Source: Candidatus Cryptobacteroides sp.
Lineage (GTDB): Bacteria; Bacteroidota; Bacteroidia; Bacteroidales; UBA932
Reading direction: 5' to 3'
Length of the DNA stretch: 64,000 nucleotides
Assembly: GCA_045616385.1 (NCBI GenBank)
Contig: JAZLGQ010000003.1
Location: 1,438 to 65,437 of the forward strand
The notes beneath the pieces are model-generated. The model worked only from the letters and a program-made list of their open reading frames with translations, was not told where the DNA came from and searched no databases. The position numbers were made by a program, and so were the translations under genes. This document shows, piece after piece, positions 26,877 to 35,285 of the stretch; the stretch's first letter is position 1; every line of letters starts with the position of its first letter.

Positions 26877-28658
26877 TTATTCTGCGAAAGCGATAATCTC
26901 TCCCTTGACGACATCCTTGCCCTGAGGGGCGGTGACGGCTACTATCCTGCCGCTGACGGCGGCGAAGACTTCCTCCATTCCGTAGTAGGTCTGGACATAA
27001 GCGCAAGGCTTGTTCGTGGAAACCTTCGTTCCGGTCGCCGGAGCCTTGGAGTCATCAATGACATCGATCTGCCAGAGCATCTTGCCGCTGACCGGCGCCT
27101 GTATAGGGGTGGCCTTCGGATATTTTGCAGCAAGGGCATCGATGTCGAATTCGGGCATCTCCACTACAGGGCGCTTCACCACTATCGGAGCGCCGGCCTT
27201 TGCGCGGAAGTCCTCAAGTTCCTTGTTGAAACGCTCCTTGGCGATACCGGACCTGTAGTCGCGGTACTGGCGCTCGTGCATTGCGAGCTCGAAGAGTTCT
27301 TCGTCGTCCTGGCCGCAGTCCCAACCTTCTTCCTTCATCATCTGGAGGAACTTTGGAAGTTCGTTCGGATAGTTGTCCTGAGGGTTCTCGGTGTGGAACT
27401 CCATTCCTTTCTCCTTGGCGAGGGTGATGATTTCCGGTGCGAGAGGGCCCGGAAGGTTGCCCATCTTGCCCTGGATCATTCCCCAGGTATCCTTGTCGAT
27501 GGTGCTGAAGCGAGGCTTGTTCTGGGCCATCGCGAGAAGGTTCATAAGCGCGGTGTTCTTGACGTACTGGCTGAAAGGTGTCACAAGCGGTGGGTAACCG
27601 AGGCGTGGCCATACGTATTCGACTTCCTTGAAGAGCCGTACCATAAGGGAGTCGAGATTGCTTTCAGGTTTGCCGTTGGCGCGCTCGGAGGCGTTGATGG
27701 CGGCTTTGAAACCTGTGAGGTCGGCCATCATCGAGCCCATCATTCCGCCAGGGAGGCCGCAGCCGACGAGGAGTGATGTCATCTGGGAGTTGGTCTTGCC
27801 TATCCAGTAGCCGAGGAAATCATCGATGAACTCCTGGGTGAGCGAGCGTACTTCCATATATGCGTCCATATTGACGTCCTTGACGAGGAATCCGTCTGCC
27901 TTAAGCATCTGCTGTATGGTGATGACGTCCGGGTGGACCTTGCCCCAGGAGAGAGGCTCTACGGCGACATCGATGTATTCGGTACCGGCACGGGCCACCT
28001 CAAGCATCGAAGCAGGAGAGAAGCCGGGGCCGCAGTGTCCGTGGTACTGCACCTTGATGTGCGGATGTTTTTTCTTGATCTCGCTGACGAGCCTTGCGAG
28101 GTCGGTCGGACGTCCGATGCCGGCCATATCCTTGAGGCAGATCTCGTCGGTGCCGTATTCCACAAGATGATCGACGATGCCCATATAGTACTCGACTGTG
28201 TGGACAGGGGAGTGGGTGATAGAAAGGGCCGCCTGGGAAATCATCCCGGCTTTCTTGGCGTATTCTACGGAAAGCTTGAGGTTGCGGTGGTCGTTGAGGC
28301 CGCAGAAGCTGCGGGCGATGTCGGTGCCCTGGGCCTTCTTGACCTTGAACATCAGTTCGCGGACATCGGCAGGAACAGGGTTCATACGAAGGGCGTTGAG
28401 GCCTCGCTCGAGCATATGGGTCTCGATGCCGGCCTTATGGAACGGAGCCGTCCACTTGCGTACCGATACGTTAGGGTTTTCACCATACAGGAGGTTGACC
28501 TGCTCGAAAGCACCGCCATTGGTCTCGACTCTGTCGAAACATCCCATTTCTATGATTGCCGGTGCAACTCTGACAAGCTGGTCGACGCGCGGCTGATACT
28601 TGCCGGATGATTGCCACATATCTCTGTAAACCAGAGAGAATTTTACTTCTTTTGCCAT
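26877..28658 (-). CDS. Oxaloacetate decarboxylase alpha / pyruvate carboxylase subunit B-like carboxyltransferase with degenerate biotinyl-like C-terminal domain
   Basis: RDMWQS, CLKDMAG, HGH, LPGGMMGSM and GYPPLVTPFSQYV; C-terminal APVSG...G..V..GEIIAF hybrid fold. ATG at 28658; TAACTTTG -7 element at 28704-28697. Confidence 0.85.
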   Translation of the reverse strand: MAKEVKFSLVYRDMWQSSGKYQPRVDQLVRVAPAIIEMGCFDRVETNGGAFEQVNLLYGENPNVSVRKWTAPFHKAGIETHMLERGLNALRMNPVPADVRELMFKVKKAQGTDIARSFCGLNDHRNLKLSVEYAKKAGMISQAALSITHSPVHTVEYYMGIVDHLVEYGTDEICLKDMAGIGRPTDLARLVSEIKKKHPHIKVQYHGHCGPGFSPASMLEVARAGTEYIDVAVEPLSWGKVHPDVITIQQMLKADGFLVKDVNMDAYMEVRSLTQEFIDDFLGYWIGKTNSQMTSLLVGCGLPGGMMGSMMADLTGFKAAINASERANGKPESNLDSLMVRLFKEVEYVWPRLGYPPLVTPFSQYVKNTALMNLLAMAQNKPRFSTIDKDTWGMIQGKMGNLPGPLAPEIITLAKEKGMEFHTENPQDNYPNELPKFLQMMKEEGWDCGQDDEELFELAMHERQYRDYRSGIAKERFNKELEDFRAKAGAPIVVKRPVVEMPEFDIDALAAKYPKATPIQAPVSGKMLWQIDVIDDSKAPATGTKVSTNKPCAYVQTYYGMEEVFAAVSGRIVAVTAPQGKDVVKGEIIAFAE

Positions 28659-28785
28659 AATACTAACCAATTTCCCGCTCAAAATGCGAAATCTCTCAAA
28701 GTTACGAAGAAAATTTGATAATGCTATTTGTAGGGATATTTTGATATTTCAAAAAATTGCGTACCTTTGCCGTCCCTTCCAACAC

Positions 28786-28862
28786 GGTGCGATTAGTTCA
28801 GTTGGTAGAGCACCAGATTGTGGTTCTGGGTGTCGTGGGTTCGAGCCCCACATCGCACCCCA
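28786..28862 (+). tRNA. tRNA-His (GTG)
   Basis: G-1, acceptor GTGCGAT/ATCGCAC, anticodon arm CCAGA-TTGTGGT-TCTGG, T loop GGTTCGAG, discriminator C and encoded CCA. Promoter TTTG (28740-43) ... TACCTTTG (28762-69). Confidence 0.97.
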
Positions 28863-28891
28863 AAAAAGCCAGCCTTCAGGTTGGCTTTTTT
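28862..28891 (+). terminator. Intrinsic terminator after tRNA-His
   Basis: aaaaaagccagcc-ttca-ggttggctttttt. Confidence 0.85.
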
Positions 28892-28919
28892 GGTTTGAGC
28901 ATCAAAATACATATATTTG
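28889..28919 (+). promoter_or_regulatory. Sigma-A promoter of the GH10 gene
   Basis: TTTG (28889-92), N19, TATATTTG (28912-19). Confidence 0.7.
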
Positions 28920-28942
28920 CTGCCAAATATCAATACACATTT

Positions 28943-30175
28943 ATGAAGAAACTGTCAACAATCGCGCTCATTGCATCCGCCGTGCTTCTGAGCGCCTGCG
29001 GCCCTAAGGATCCCGGCCTTAAGGATGCCTACAAGAATTATTTCAAAATCGGTGTAGCCGTTACTCCGCACAATGTCGCCGACTCGCTTCAGTCAGCCAT
29101 CATTCTCAAGGAGTACAACAGCGTTACCGCAGAGAACTGTATGAAGCCGGGCGAGATTCATCCGGCTCCTGGCGTATGGAACCTTGAACAGGCCGATGCC
29201 ATAGCGGACTTCTGCCGTGAGAACGGGATCAAGATGCGTGGCCACTGCCTCGTATGGCACAGCCAGTTCGCTACCTGGATGTTTACAAAACACGACGAGA
29301 ACGGCAATGCGATCGTCGAGCTTGACGAGAAGGGCGACACCGTCTGGGTGGACCAGCCGGACTGGAACCGCTTCCGCGAGATGATGGCTCAGCAGGGCCA
29401 GAACTTCCAGCCGGGACAGAGGCCGGAAATCCCTATGACCAAGGTGCCGAAGTATGTCGATGCCACCAAGGAGGAGTTCTACGATTCACTCCGCGCACAC
29501 ATCAATTTCGTCGTAAACCGTTATAAGGATGTCGTTTACTGCTGGGATGTCGTCAACGAGGCGATGAGCGACGCAGATGCTCCGGATGCTGCTTACGAGG
29601 ATTCGTTCCGCAAGTCGCAGGCATATCAGCTCTGCGGCGATGAATTCATAAAGAATGCCTTCATCTGGGCCCACGAGGCCGATCCGGCTGCCGACCTGTT
29701 CTACAATGATTACAGCGCCTGGACCCCGGCAAAGAGGACATACATATACAATATGGTCAAGAAACTCCAGAGTGAGGGTGCGCCTGTCACCGGCATCGGA
29801 ATGCAGGGTCACTACAATATATTTGACAACCCTACCATCGAGGATTTCGAGACGGCCATCCAGATGTATCTTGAGCTGGTTGACAATCTCCAGATCACCG
29901 AGTTTGACATCCGCATCAACGAAGAGGCCGGTGGTCAGCTTCAGTTCAGCCGTGGCGAAGGCCAGGTGATGACCGACGAAATCGCCAAGATGCAGCAGGA
30001 CAAGTACGACCAGCTGTTCCAGGTGCTGCGCAAATACAAGAAAAACTTCTCCTGCGTCACTTTCTGGAACCTCAGTGACCGTGACTCCTGGCTCGGTGCG
30101 AACAATTTCCCGCTTCTCTACGACAAGGACTATCAGCGCAAGCCGGTTTATTATACAGTCCGCGATTTCAAATAA
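28943..30175 (+). CDS. GH10 endo-1,4-beta-xylanase, lipoprotein
   Basis: Lipobox LSAC, TAENCMK, RGHCLVWHSQ, WDVVNE (acid/base), LFYNDY, GIGMQGH, ITEFD (nucleophile) and DRDSWL. Confidence 0.93.
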   Translation: MKKLSTIALIASAVLLSACGPKDPGLKDAYKNYFKIGVAVTPHNVADSLQSAIILKEYNSVTAENCMKPGEIHPAPGVWNLEQADAIADFCRENGIKMRGHCLVWHSQFATWMFTKHDENGNAIVELDEKGDTVWVDQPDWNRFREMMAQQGQNFQPGQRPEIPMTKVPKYVDATKEEFYDSLRAHINFVVNRYKDVVYCWDVVNEAMSDADAPDAAYEDSFRKSQAYQLCGDEFIKNAFIWAHEADPAADLFYNDYSAWTPAKRTYIYNMVKKLQSEGAPVTGIGMQGHYNIFDNPTIEDFETAIQMYLELVDNLQITEFDIRINEEAGGQLQFSRGEGQVMTDEIAKMQQDKYDQLFQVLRKYKKNFSCVTFWNLSDRDSWLGANNFPLLYDKDYQRKPVYYTVRDFK

Positions 30176-30202
30176 TTTTCCGAATAGCCGGAAACTGCAA
30201 TA

Positions 30203-30241
30203 TGAAGGATTTTGAACCGGTTTCAAAATCCTTCAATTTTT
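30203..30241 (+). terminator. Intrinsic terminator after GH10
   Basis: Perfect 14-bp stem tgaaggattttgaa / ttcaaaatccttca with a 5-nt loop, followed by a T-tract. Confidence 0.75.
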
Positions 30242-30300
30242 AGTGCCAAACACAATTCTTTGCGTTTTTGACGATTTTTGTCCGTACCGTTGCTTCCGAT

Positions 30301-30984
30301 ATGAAAATGTTGGAATTATGTGCGGCGGAGAGGCCGCGGGAAAAGATGATGTCGGCCGGGCCTTCCGGGATGAGCAACGGGGAACTGTTGGCAATAGTGC
30401 TCAGGAACGGGACGAAAGGGGAGAGTGCGCTTGAACTGGCGCGCCGTCTGCTGGATGCGGCCGGCAGCCTTGCGGGACTGTTCAACAAATCTGCCGACTG
30501 GCTGTCTTCCTTCGACGGGATAGGGCCCTGCAAGTCTGCAGAGATAATGTCGGTGTTTGAACTTGGCAAACGCTTTATGGAAGAGGCATCCGGCGCGTCG
30601 GGTTCTCCTATTGTTACGGCCAGGATGGTGTTTGACCTTGTGTCGCCGCGCCTGAAAGGCCTTGCCCACGAAGAGACCCGCGTGCTATTCCTGAATGCGG
30701 GCAATTGCCTGCTGTCACAGGAACAGATAGGTGTCGGCGACGGTATGTCGACCATAATAGACGTGCCGCGCATCCTTCGCCTTGCGCTGGAGAAGAAGGC
30801 CTCCGGGATGATACTGATCCATAATCACCCGTCGGGCAATCCTCACCCGAGCGAAGCGGACATCGAAACCACGAAGAGCCTGAAGACCGCGCTGAATGCG
30901 CTCGGCCTCATCCTGCTTGACCACGTGATAGTGTCTGACAGAAAATTCTTTTCTTTCGCGGATGACAGTCTGTATGAGGCGTGA
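30301..30984 (+). CDS. radC: RadC/UPF0758 JAB-domain protein
   Basis: ERPREK, ELLAIVL, HhH GIGP, IHNHPSG...PSEAD and LLDHVIV. Confidence 0.93.
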   Translation: MKMLELCAAERPREKMMSAGPSGMSNGELLAIVLRNGTKGESALELARRLLDAAGSLAGLFNKSADWLSSFDGIGPCKSAEIMSVFELGKRFMEEASGASGSPIVTARMVFDLVSPRLKGLAHEETRVLFLNAGNCLLSQEQIGVGDGMSTIIDVPRILRLALEKKASGMILIHNHPSGNPHPSEADIETTKSLKTALNALGLILLDHVIVSDRKFFSFADDSLYEA

Positions 30985-30987
30985 AGG

Positions 30988-32292
30988 TTAGACAAGCTCG
31001 CAGAGCAGGGTGGCCTGTGTGCAGTCCAGCACGCGCACGTCAACGAAGTCGCCGGCCTTGTGGACGGTGTCCGGCCATACGCACATCTTGTTGGAACCCG
31101 CGCGTCCGCAGAGTTCGGCCGGGTTCTTCTTTGAAGGTCCCTCGACCAGCACGCGCATCACCTTGCCCAGGTCGCGCCTGTTGCTTTCGAGCGACAGACG
31201 GTTCTGGAGGACGATGATCTCTTCGAGACGGCGCGTCTTGGTCTCGATGTCGACGTCGTCGGGGTATTTGCGCGCAGCGAGCGTGCCGGGCCTTTCGGAA
31301 TAATAGAACATATAGGCCGCATCGAAGCCAACCGCCTCGAAGAGCGAGAGCGTGTCCTTATGGTCTTCCTCCGTCTCAGAGCAGAATCCTGCGATGACGT
31401 CGGTCGAAATGGCGCAGTCGGGCATATGGCGGCGTATTGCGGCGACGCGGTCAAGATACCATTGGCGGGTATAGCGGCGGCGCATCTTCTCCAGCATCCT
31501 GTCGGAACCGGACTGGACGGGAAGATGGATGTGGTGGCAGATGTTGTCGTGGCCGGCCATTGCCTGCAGCACCTCATCGCTGATATCCTGAGGGTTTGAA
31601 GTGGAGAAGCGGATGCGGAGCGACGGGCAGCTTTCGGCCACCATACGAAGGAGCCCGGCAAAATTGACTTCGCCGAATCTGTAGGAATCGACGTTCTGCC
31701 CCAGCAGCGTCACTTCCTTGTAGCCGTTCCCGACACATTCGCAGGCTTCGCGGACGATTGAATGCCAGTCGCGGCTGCGCTCGGCCCCGCGGGTGAACGG
31801 GACGACGCAATACGAACATACATTGTTGCAGCCGCGCATTATCGATATGAATGCGGACACGCCGTTCGTATCTATGCGGACAGGTGAAATGTCGGCGTAG
31901 GTCTCTTCGCGGGAGAGGATGACGTCGATCTGCGGGTGCCCCTCTGACACGGCGGCCAGCAGTTCAGGCAGACGGCGGTATGCATCCGGGCCTGCCACGA
32001 GGTCAACCTTGCCCGATTCCAGCAGCGCGTCCTTCAAACGCTCCGCCATACATCCGAGAATGCCGATGACAACGCCCCTGCGGGCCTTTTTCTGTATGTT
32101 GAACTGCTCGATCCGGCCCCATATCCTCTGCTCGGCATTGTCGCGGACAGAACAGGTGTTGGCAAGAATCACGTCGGCTTCGGCTATGTTTTCGGTGCGG
32201 CGGAAACCTTCCTTCCCGAGGATGGAAAAAACAACCTCGGTGTCGGCTACATTCATCTGGCAGCCGTATGTTTCAATGTAAAGCTTCTTCAT
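30988..32292 (-). CDS. miaB: tRNA-2-methylthio-N6-dimethylallyladenosine synthase MiaB
   Basis: ETYGCQMN, NTCSVR, GCMAER, radical-SAM CNNVCSYC, HLPVQSG and TRAM domain; ATG at 32292. Confidence 0.95.
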   Translation of the reverse strand: MKKLYIETYGCQMNVADTEVVFSILGKEGFRRTENIAEADVILANTCSVRDNAEQRIWGRIEQFNIQKKARRGVVIGILGCMAERLKDALLESGKVDLVAGPDAYRRLPELLAAVSEGHPQIDVILSREETYADISPVRIDTNGVSAFISIMRGCNNVCSYCVVPFTRGAERSRDWHSIVREACECVGNGYKEVTLLGQNVDSYRFGEVNFAGLLRMVAESCPSLRIRFSTSNPQDISDEVLQAMAGHDNICHHIHLPVQSGSDRMLEKMRRRYTRQWYLDRVAAIRRHMPDCAISTDVIAGFCSETEEDHKDTLSLFEAVGFDAAYMFYYSERPGTLAARKYPDDVDIETKTRRLEEIIVLQNRLSLESNRRDLGKVMRVLVEGPSKKNPAELCGRAGSNKMCVWPDTVHKAGDFVDVRVLDCTQATLLCELV

Positions 32293-32301
32293 ATGATGCG
32301 G

Positions 32302-32330
32302 CAAATATAGAGAGTTTTTACTTATATTTG
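32302..32330. promoter_or_regulatory. Back-to-back divergent -7 promoter elements (miaB / LEA-like gene)
   Basis: CAAATATA (32302-09), N13, TATATTTG (32323-30). Confidence 0.7.
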
Positions 32331-32338
32331 TAATCTGT

Positions 32339-32815
32339 ATGAAAAAGCAGGTATTATTATTTGTATGCGCCCTGGCGGTGCTCCTGATAAGCCCGGGGTG
32401 CAATAAGGTGAAAGAACTCGATGTAACCTCATTCGAAATCGTGTCGATTACGCCGAGCGGCATCACTGAGCTTGATGCGACAGTCAGGGTGGGAATCCAT
32501 AACCCTCTGGTTGCCTTTGAAGCCACCGATGTCATAGGCACTCTCAAATTGGACGGCAGCCCCTGCCTCCATCTGACCGCCGACCAGCTCATCGTATCCG
32601 GCAATTGTGACAAGGTTTACACAATCCCTGTCCGAGGCACCATAGCCGAAGGCTTCAACCCGTTCCAGCTCCTCAATCTTTTCAATGGCACGTCACTTGC
32701 ATTGGATAAGCTTACGGTTGACGTCAACGGGAAGATTGCGCTCCGCGGTGGAGTTGGCAGGAAACTTGAATTGAAAGATATCCGCATTTCGGATTATATG
32801 AAGAAAGACGAATGA
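32339..32815 (+). CDS. Lipoprotein, LEA_2/WHy-like beta-sandwich (putative)
   Basis: Signal peptide ending SPGC, 'GIHNP' motif and alternating beta pattern; family call tentative. Confidence 0.6.
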   Translation: MKKQVLLFVCALAVLLISPGCNKVKELDVTSFEIVSITPSGITELDATVRVGIHNPLVAFEATDVIGTLKLDGSPCLHLTADQLIVSGNCDKVYTIPVRGTIAEGFNPFQLLNLFNGTSLALDKLTVDVNGKIALRGGVGRKLELKDIRISDYMKKDE

Positions 32816-33351
32816 AAAAGGCCTTGCTCATTATTTTTCTGGTCCTTGTGTCCGGTTTCTGTCTGCGTGCCCAGAACGTAGAGGATGACCTGGCGGACGA
32901 AACTATGCTCCTTACGGATTCGACCTTGGTCAACAGAACCATATACGAGGTGATGCCGTCCAATGTCAGACTGATCCAATCTGCCGGAATCAGCTCCGCC
33001 CTTGACAGTCAGATATCAAGCAATGAGCGGAAGCAGTTCAACGGCTATCGCGTCAGGCTTTATGTGGGCAGCTCGCAATCAGCGCGTTCGCAGTCCGCAC
33101 AAGTCCTTGAGTCATTCAGGAAACTATATCCGGACGTCCTGGCTTACCGGATCTACGTCAGTCCTAATTTCAGGGTGATGGTCGGCAATTTCCGCACGAG
33201 GCTTGAGGCAGAGAATTTCGCCCGTGCCATAAAGGGCCATTTTCCGGCGGCTTCCGTAATGCGGGATAAATTCAAATATCCGGCAATAGGCAAAGTCAGC
33301 ACCGTCGCTGTTGACACGACGACCGTTGCCGCAACTTTGATCGAGGAATAA
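32812..33351 (+). CDS. SPOR domain-containing periplasmic protein
   Basis: Signal peptide; GYRVRLYVG...PNFRVMVGNFRTRLEA. Confidence 0.85.
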   Translation: MKKALLIIFLVLVSGFCLRAQNVEDDLADETMLLTDSTLVNRTIYEVMPSNVRLIQSAGISSALDSQISSNERKQFNGYRVRLYVGSSQSARSQSAQVLESFRKLYPDVLAYRIYVSPNFRVMVGNFRTRLEAENFARAIKGHFPAASVMRDKFKYPAIGKVSTVAVDTTTVAATLIEE

Positions 33352-34754
33352 TGCTCAAACAGGGACTAGAACTCAAGCAGACACAGAAACTCTCGCCGCT
33401 GCAGATCCAGACTATCAAGCTTATCGAGCTGCCGATTCAGGAACTGGAGCAGAGGATACGTGCCGAACTGGAGGAAAATCCCGTCCTTGATGAATCGTCG
33501 GCTTCTGAAAAGGACGATGAAAACAAGGACATCTCCATTGAGGAACTCAAGGAGAATGACGACATCGCTCCATACAAGCTGAAGGTCAACAACTGGGGTA
33601 AGGACCCCCGTCCCGAATACAATACTTTTTCAGTAAAACAGAGCTTCTCCCAGAGCTTGATGCAGCAGTTGGGGTTCCGCTCGCTCAGCCAGCAGGAACA
33701 CGACGTCGCTGCGTTTATAATAGGCTCGCTGGATGACGACGGCTACCTCCGCCGTGACCTGGAGTCGCTGGTGGATGATATCGCTTTCCGTGCCGGTATC
33801 GTGACGGATGTGGAAGAGGTTGAACGTATGCTGAAGCTGGTCCAGGATTTCGAGCCTGCAGGCGTTGGAGCGCGCGACCTCCGCGAATGCCTTCTCATCC
33901 AGTTGAGGAATATGAAGGACTGTCAGGAAGTCCGTGACGCGGTTGAAATCCTCGACAAGGAATTCGCTGAATTCTCAAACAAGCATTTCCAGAAGATTAT
34001 GTCCCGCCTCGGCATTGACGAGGCCCGGTTGAAGGCGGCTATGGGACGTATCGTCAGATTGAACCCTGCTCCCGGTGGACAGGTCGATGACAATTATGAT
34101 GACCAGGCCCAGCAGGTTATCCCTGACTTTATCCTGAATGAGACCGGCGGCGAACTGACTTTCAGTATGCCGCGTTTCAGCGTGCCGGAACTTCACGTCA
34201 ACAAGAAATATGCTGACATACTGCTTGAGTCCAGGGGTTCTTCAGAGCGCGAGCAGAAGGAAGCCGCCACTTTCATCCGTCAGAAACTTGATTCGGCCAA
34301 ATGGTTCATCGAGGCTTTGAAGCAGCGGCAGAATACGCTGCAGAAGACTATGCAGGCCATTCTGGATTATCAGAGGGACTATTTTGTCGATGGCGATGAG
34401 GCCAGTCTCCGCCCTATGGTCCTGAAAGACATAGCAGAGAAGACCGGGTTCGACATTTCGACCATTTCCCGTGTTGTCAACAGCAAATACATCGAAACCA
34501 ATTTCGGCATTTACCCTCTCAAATATTTCTTTTCTGAAGGTATGGAGAACAGTGAGGGTGAAGAAGTGTCGACCCGTGAGCTGAAAAAGGCGCTCAGGGA
34601 GTGCGTTGACGGCGAAAACAAAAAGAAGCCGTTCACCGATGAACAGCTCGTGGTTGAAATGGAGAAGCGCGGATACAAGGTCGCCCGCCGTACCATTGCG
34701 AAATACCGCAGCCAGCTGAACATCCCTCTGGCAAGGTGGCGCAAGGAACTCTAG
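33351..34754 (+). CDS. rpoN: RNA polymerase sigma-54 factor
   Basis: QKLSPLQIQ region I, LEENPVL, GVGARDLRECL, STISR and RpoN box ARRTIAKYR. Confidence 0.97.
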   Translation: MLKQGLELKQTQKLSPLQIQTIKLIELPIQELEQRIRAELEENPVLDESSASEKDDENKDISIEELKENDDIAPYKLKVNNWGKDPRPEYNTFSVKQSFSQSLMQQLGFRSLSQQEHDVAAFIIGSLDDDGYLRRDLESLVDDIAFRAGIVTDVEEVERMLKLVQDFEPAGVGARDLRECLLIQLRNMKDCQEVRDAVEILDKEFAEFSNKHFQKIMSRLGIDEARLKAAMGRIVRLNPAPGGQVDDNYDDQAQQVIPDFILNETGGELTFSMPRFSVPELHVNKKYADILLESRGSSEREQKEAATFIRQKLDSAKWFIEALKQRQNTLQKTMQAILDYQRDYFVDGDEASLRPMVLKDIAEKTGFDISTISRVVNSKYIETNFGIYPLKYFFSEGMENSEGEEVSTRELKKALRECVDGENKKKPFTDEQLVVEMEKRGYKVARRTIAKYRSQLNIPLARWRKEL

Positions 34755-35209
34755 CCCTGTATCTTGGCCCTTCTTGTAGGGTGGGCCACCAGCTGGATGT
34801 CGATCGAATCGATCTTGTACCCCCTGAATTTCTTCCCCTTGAAATGCGATTCCACCAGACGGATGGCCTCTTCGTCAAGGATATCCTTGTATTCGTGCGA
34901 TTTTGAGTCGTACAGGTGGATGTGGTCGAAGGTCGCGATGTCGTAGTACTTCTTGTTGTTGGCGCTGAGCCGGAAACTGTATATCTTCAGTGAAGACAGC
35001 TGCTCCAGAATATTGTATACCGATGCGACAGTGATCTCGGTGTCGCTGTGTTTTGCAATGTATTCGGCAATGGAGTCGGCACTGGCGTGCGTCAGAGCTA
35101 TCATAGCCTCGTGGACGGCAATGCGCTGAGGCGTGGCCTTGAGCCCCTCTTCCTTCAGGATTTTCCTGAATTTCTCCATATCAGTGAATTTCTTCGCCTT
35201 GTTTCTCAT
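34751..35209 (-). CDS. Fur-family transcriptional regulator (Cys-less, PerR/Irr-like)
   Basis: GLKATPQRIAV, H.SAD, ASVYNIL and HIHLYD; no CxxC. Start is ATG 35209 or 35179; TAGCTTTG -7 element at 35225-35218. Confidence 0.85.
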   Translation of the reverse strand: MRNKAKKFTDMEKFRKILKEEGLKATPQRIAVHEAMIALTHASADSIAEYIAKHSDTEITVASVYNILEQLSSLKIYSFRLSANNKKYYDIATFDHIHLYDSKSHEYKDILDEEAIRLVESHFKGKKFRGYKIDSIDIQLVAHPTRRAKIQG

Positions 35210-35251
35210 ATTGCCGCCAAAGCTAGCTTTAATTTTTAATAATTCAAAATA

Positions 35252-35278
35252 AGTAATTTGCAAAAATTACTATATTTG
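35252..35278 (+). promoter_or_regulatory. Perfect palindrome abutting the trxB -7 element (candidate operator)
   Basis: AGTAATTT-gcaa-AAATTACT (35252-71) overlapping TATATTTG (35271-78). Confidence 0.5.
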
Positions 35279-35285
35279 TAAAATT

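Noticed and set aside
29357-29414. Short imperfect inverted repeat in the GH10 insertion (ccggactggaa / ttccagccgg)
   Set aside because: About 10 bp with a bulge and normal codon usage; no similarity to the truB element, so likely chance.
30231-30248. Sigma-54-like TGGCAC sites (here, and near 9180, 54089 and 61315)
   Set aside because: The spacing to a TTGC -12 element is wrong in every case, and this one points antisense into GH10.
30301-30984. radC as a mobile-element marker near tRNA-His
   Set aside because: It is the full-length chromosomal type with the N-terminal HhH region; no integrase, att repeat or cargo was seen.
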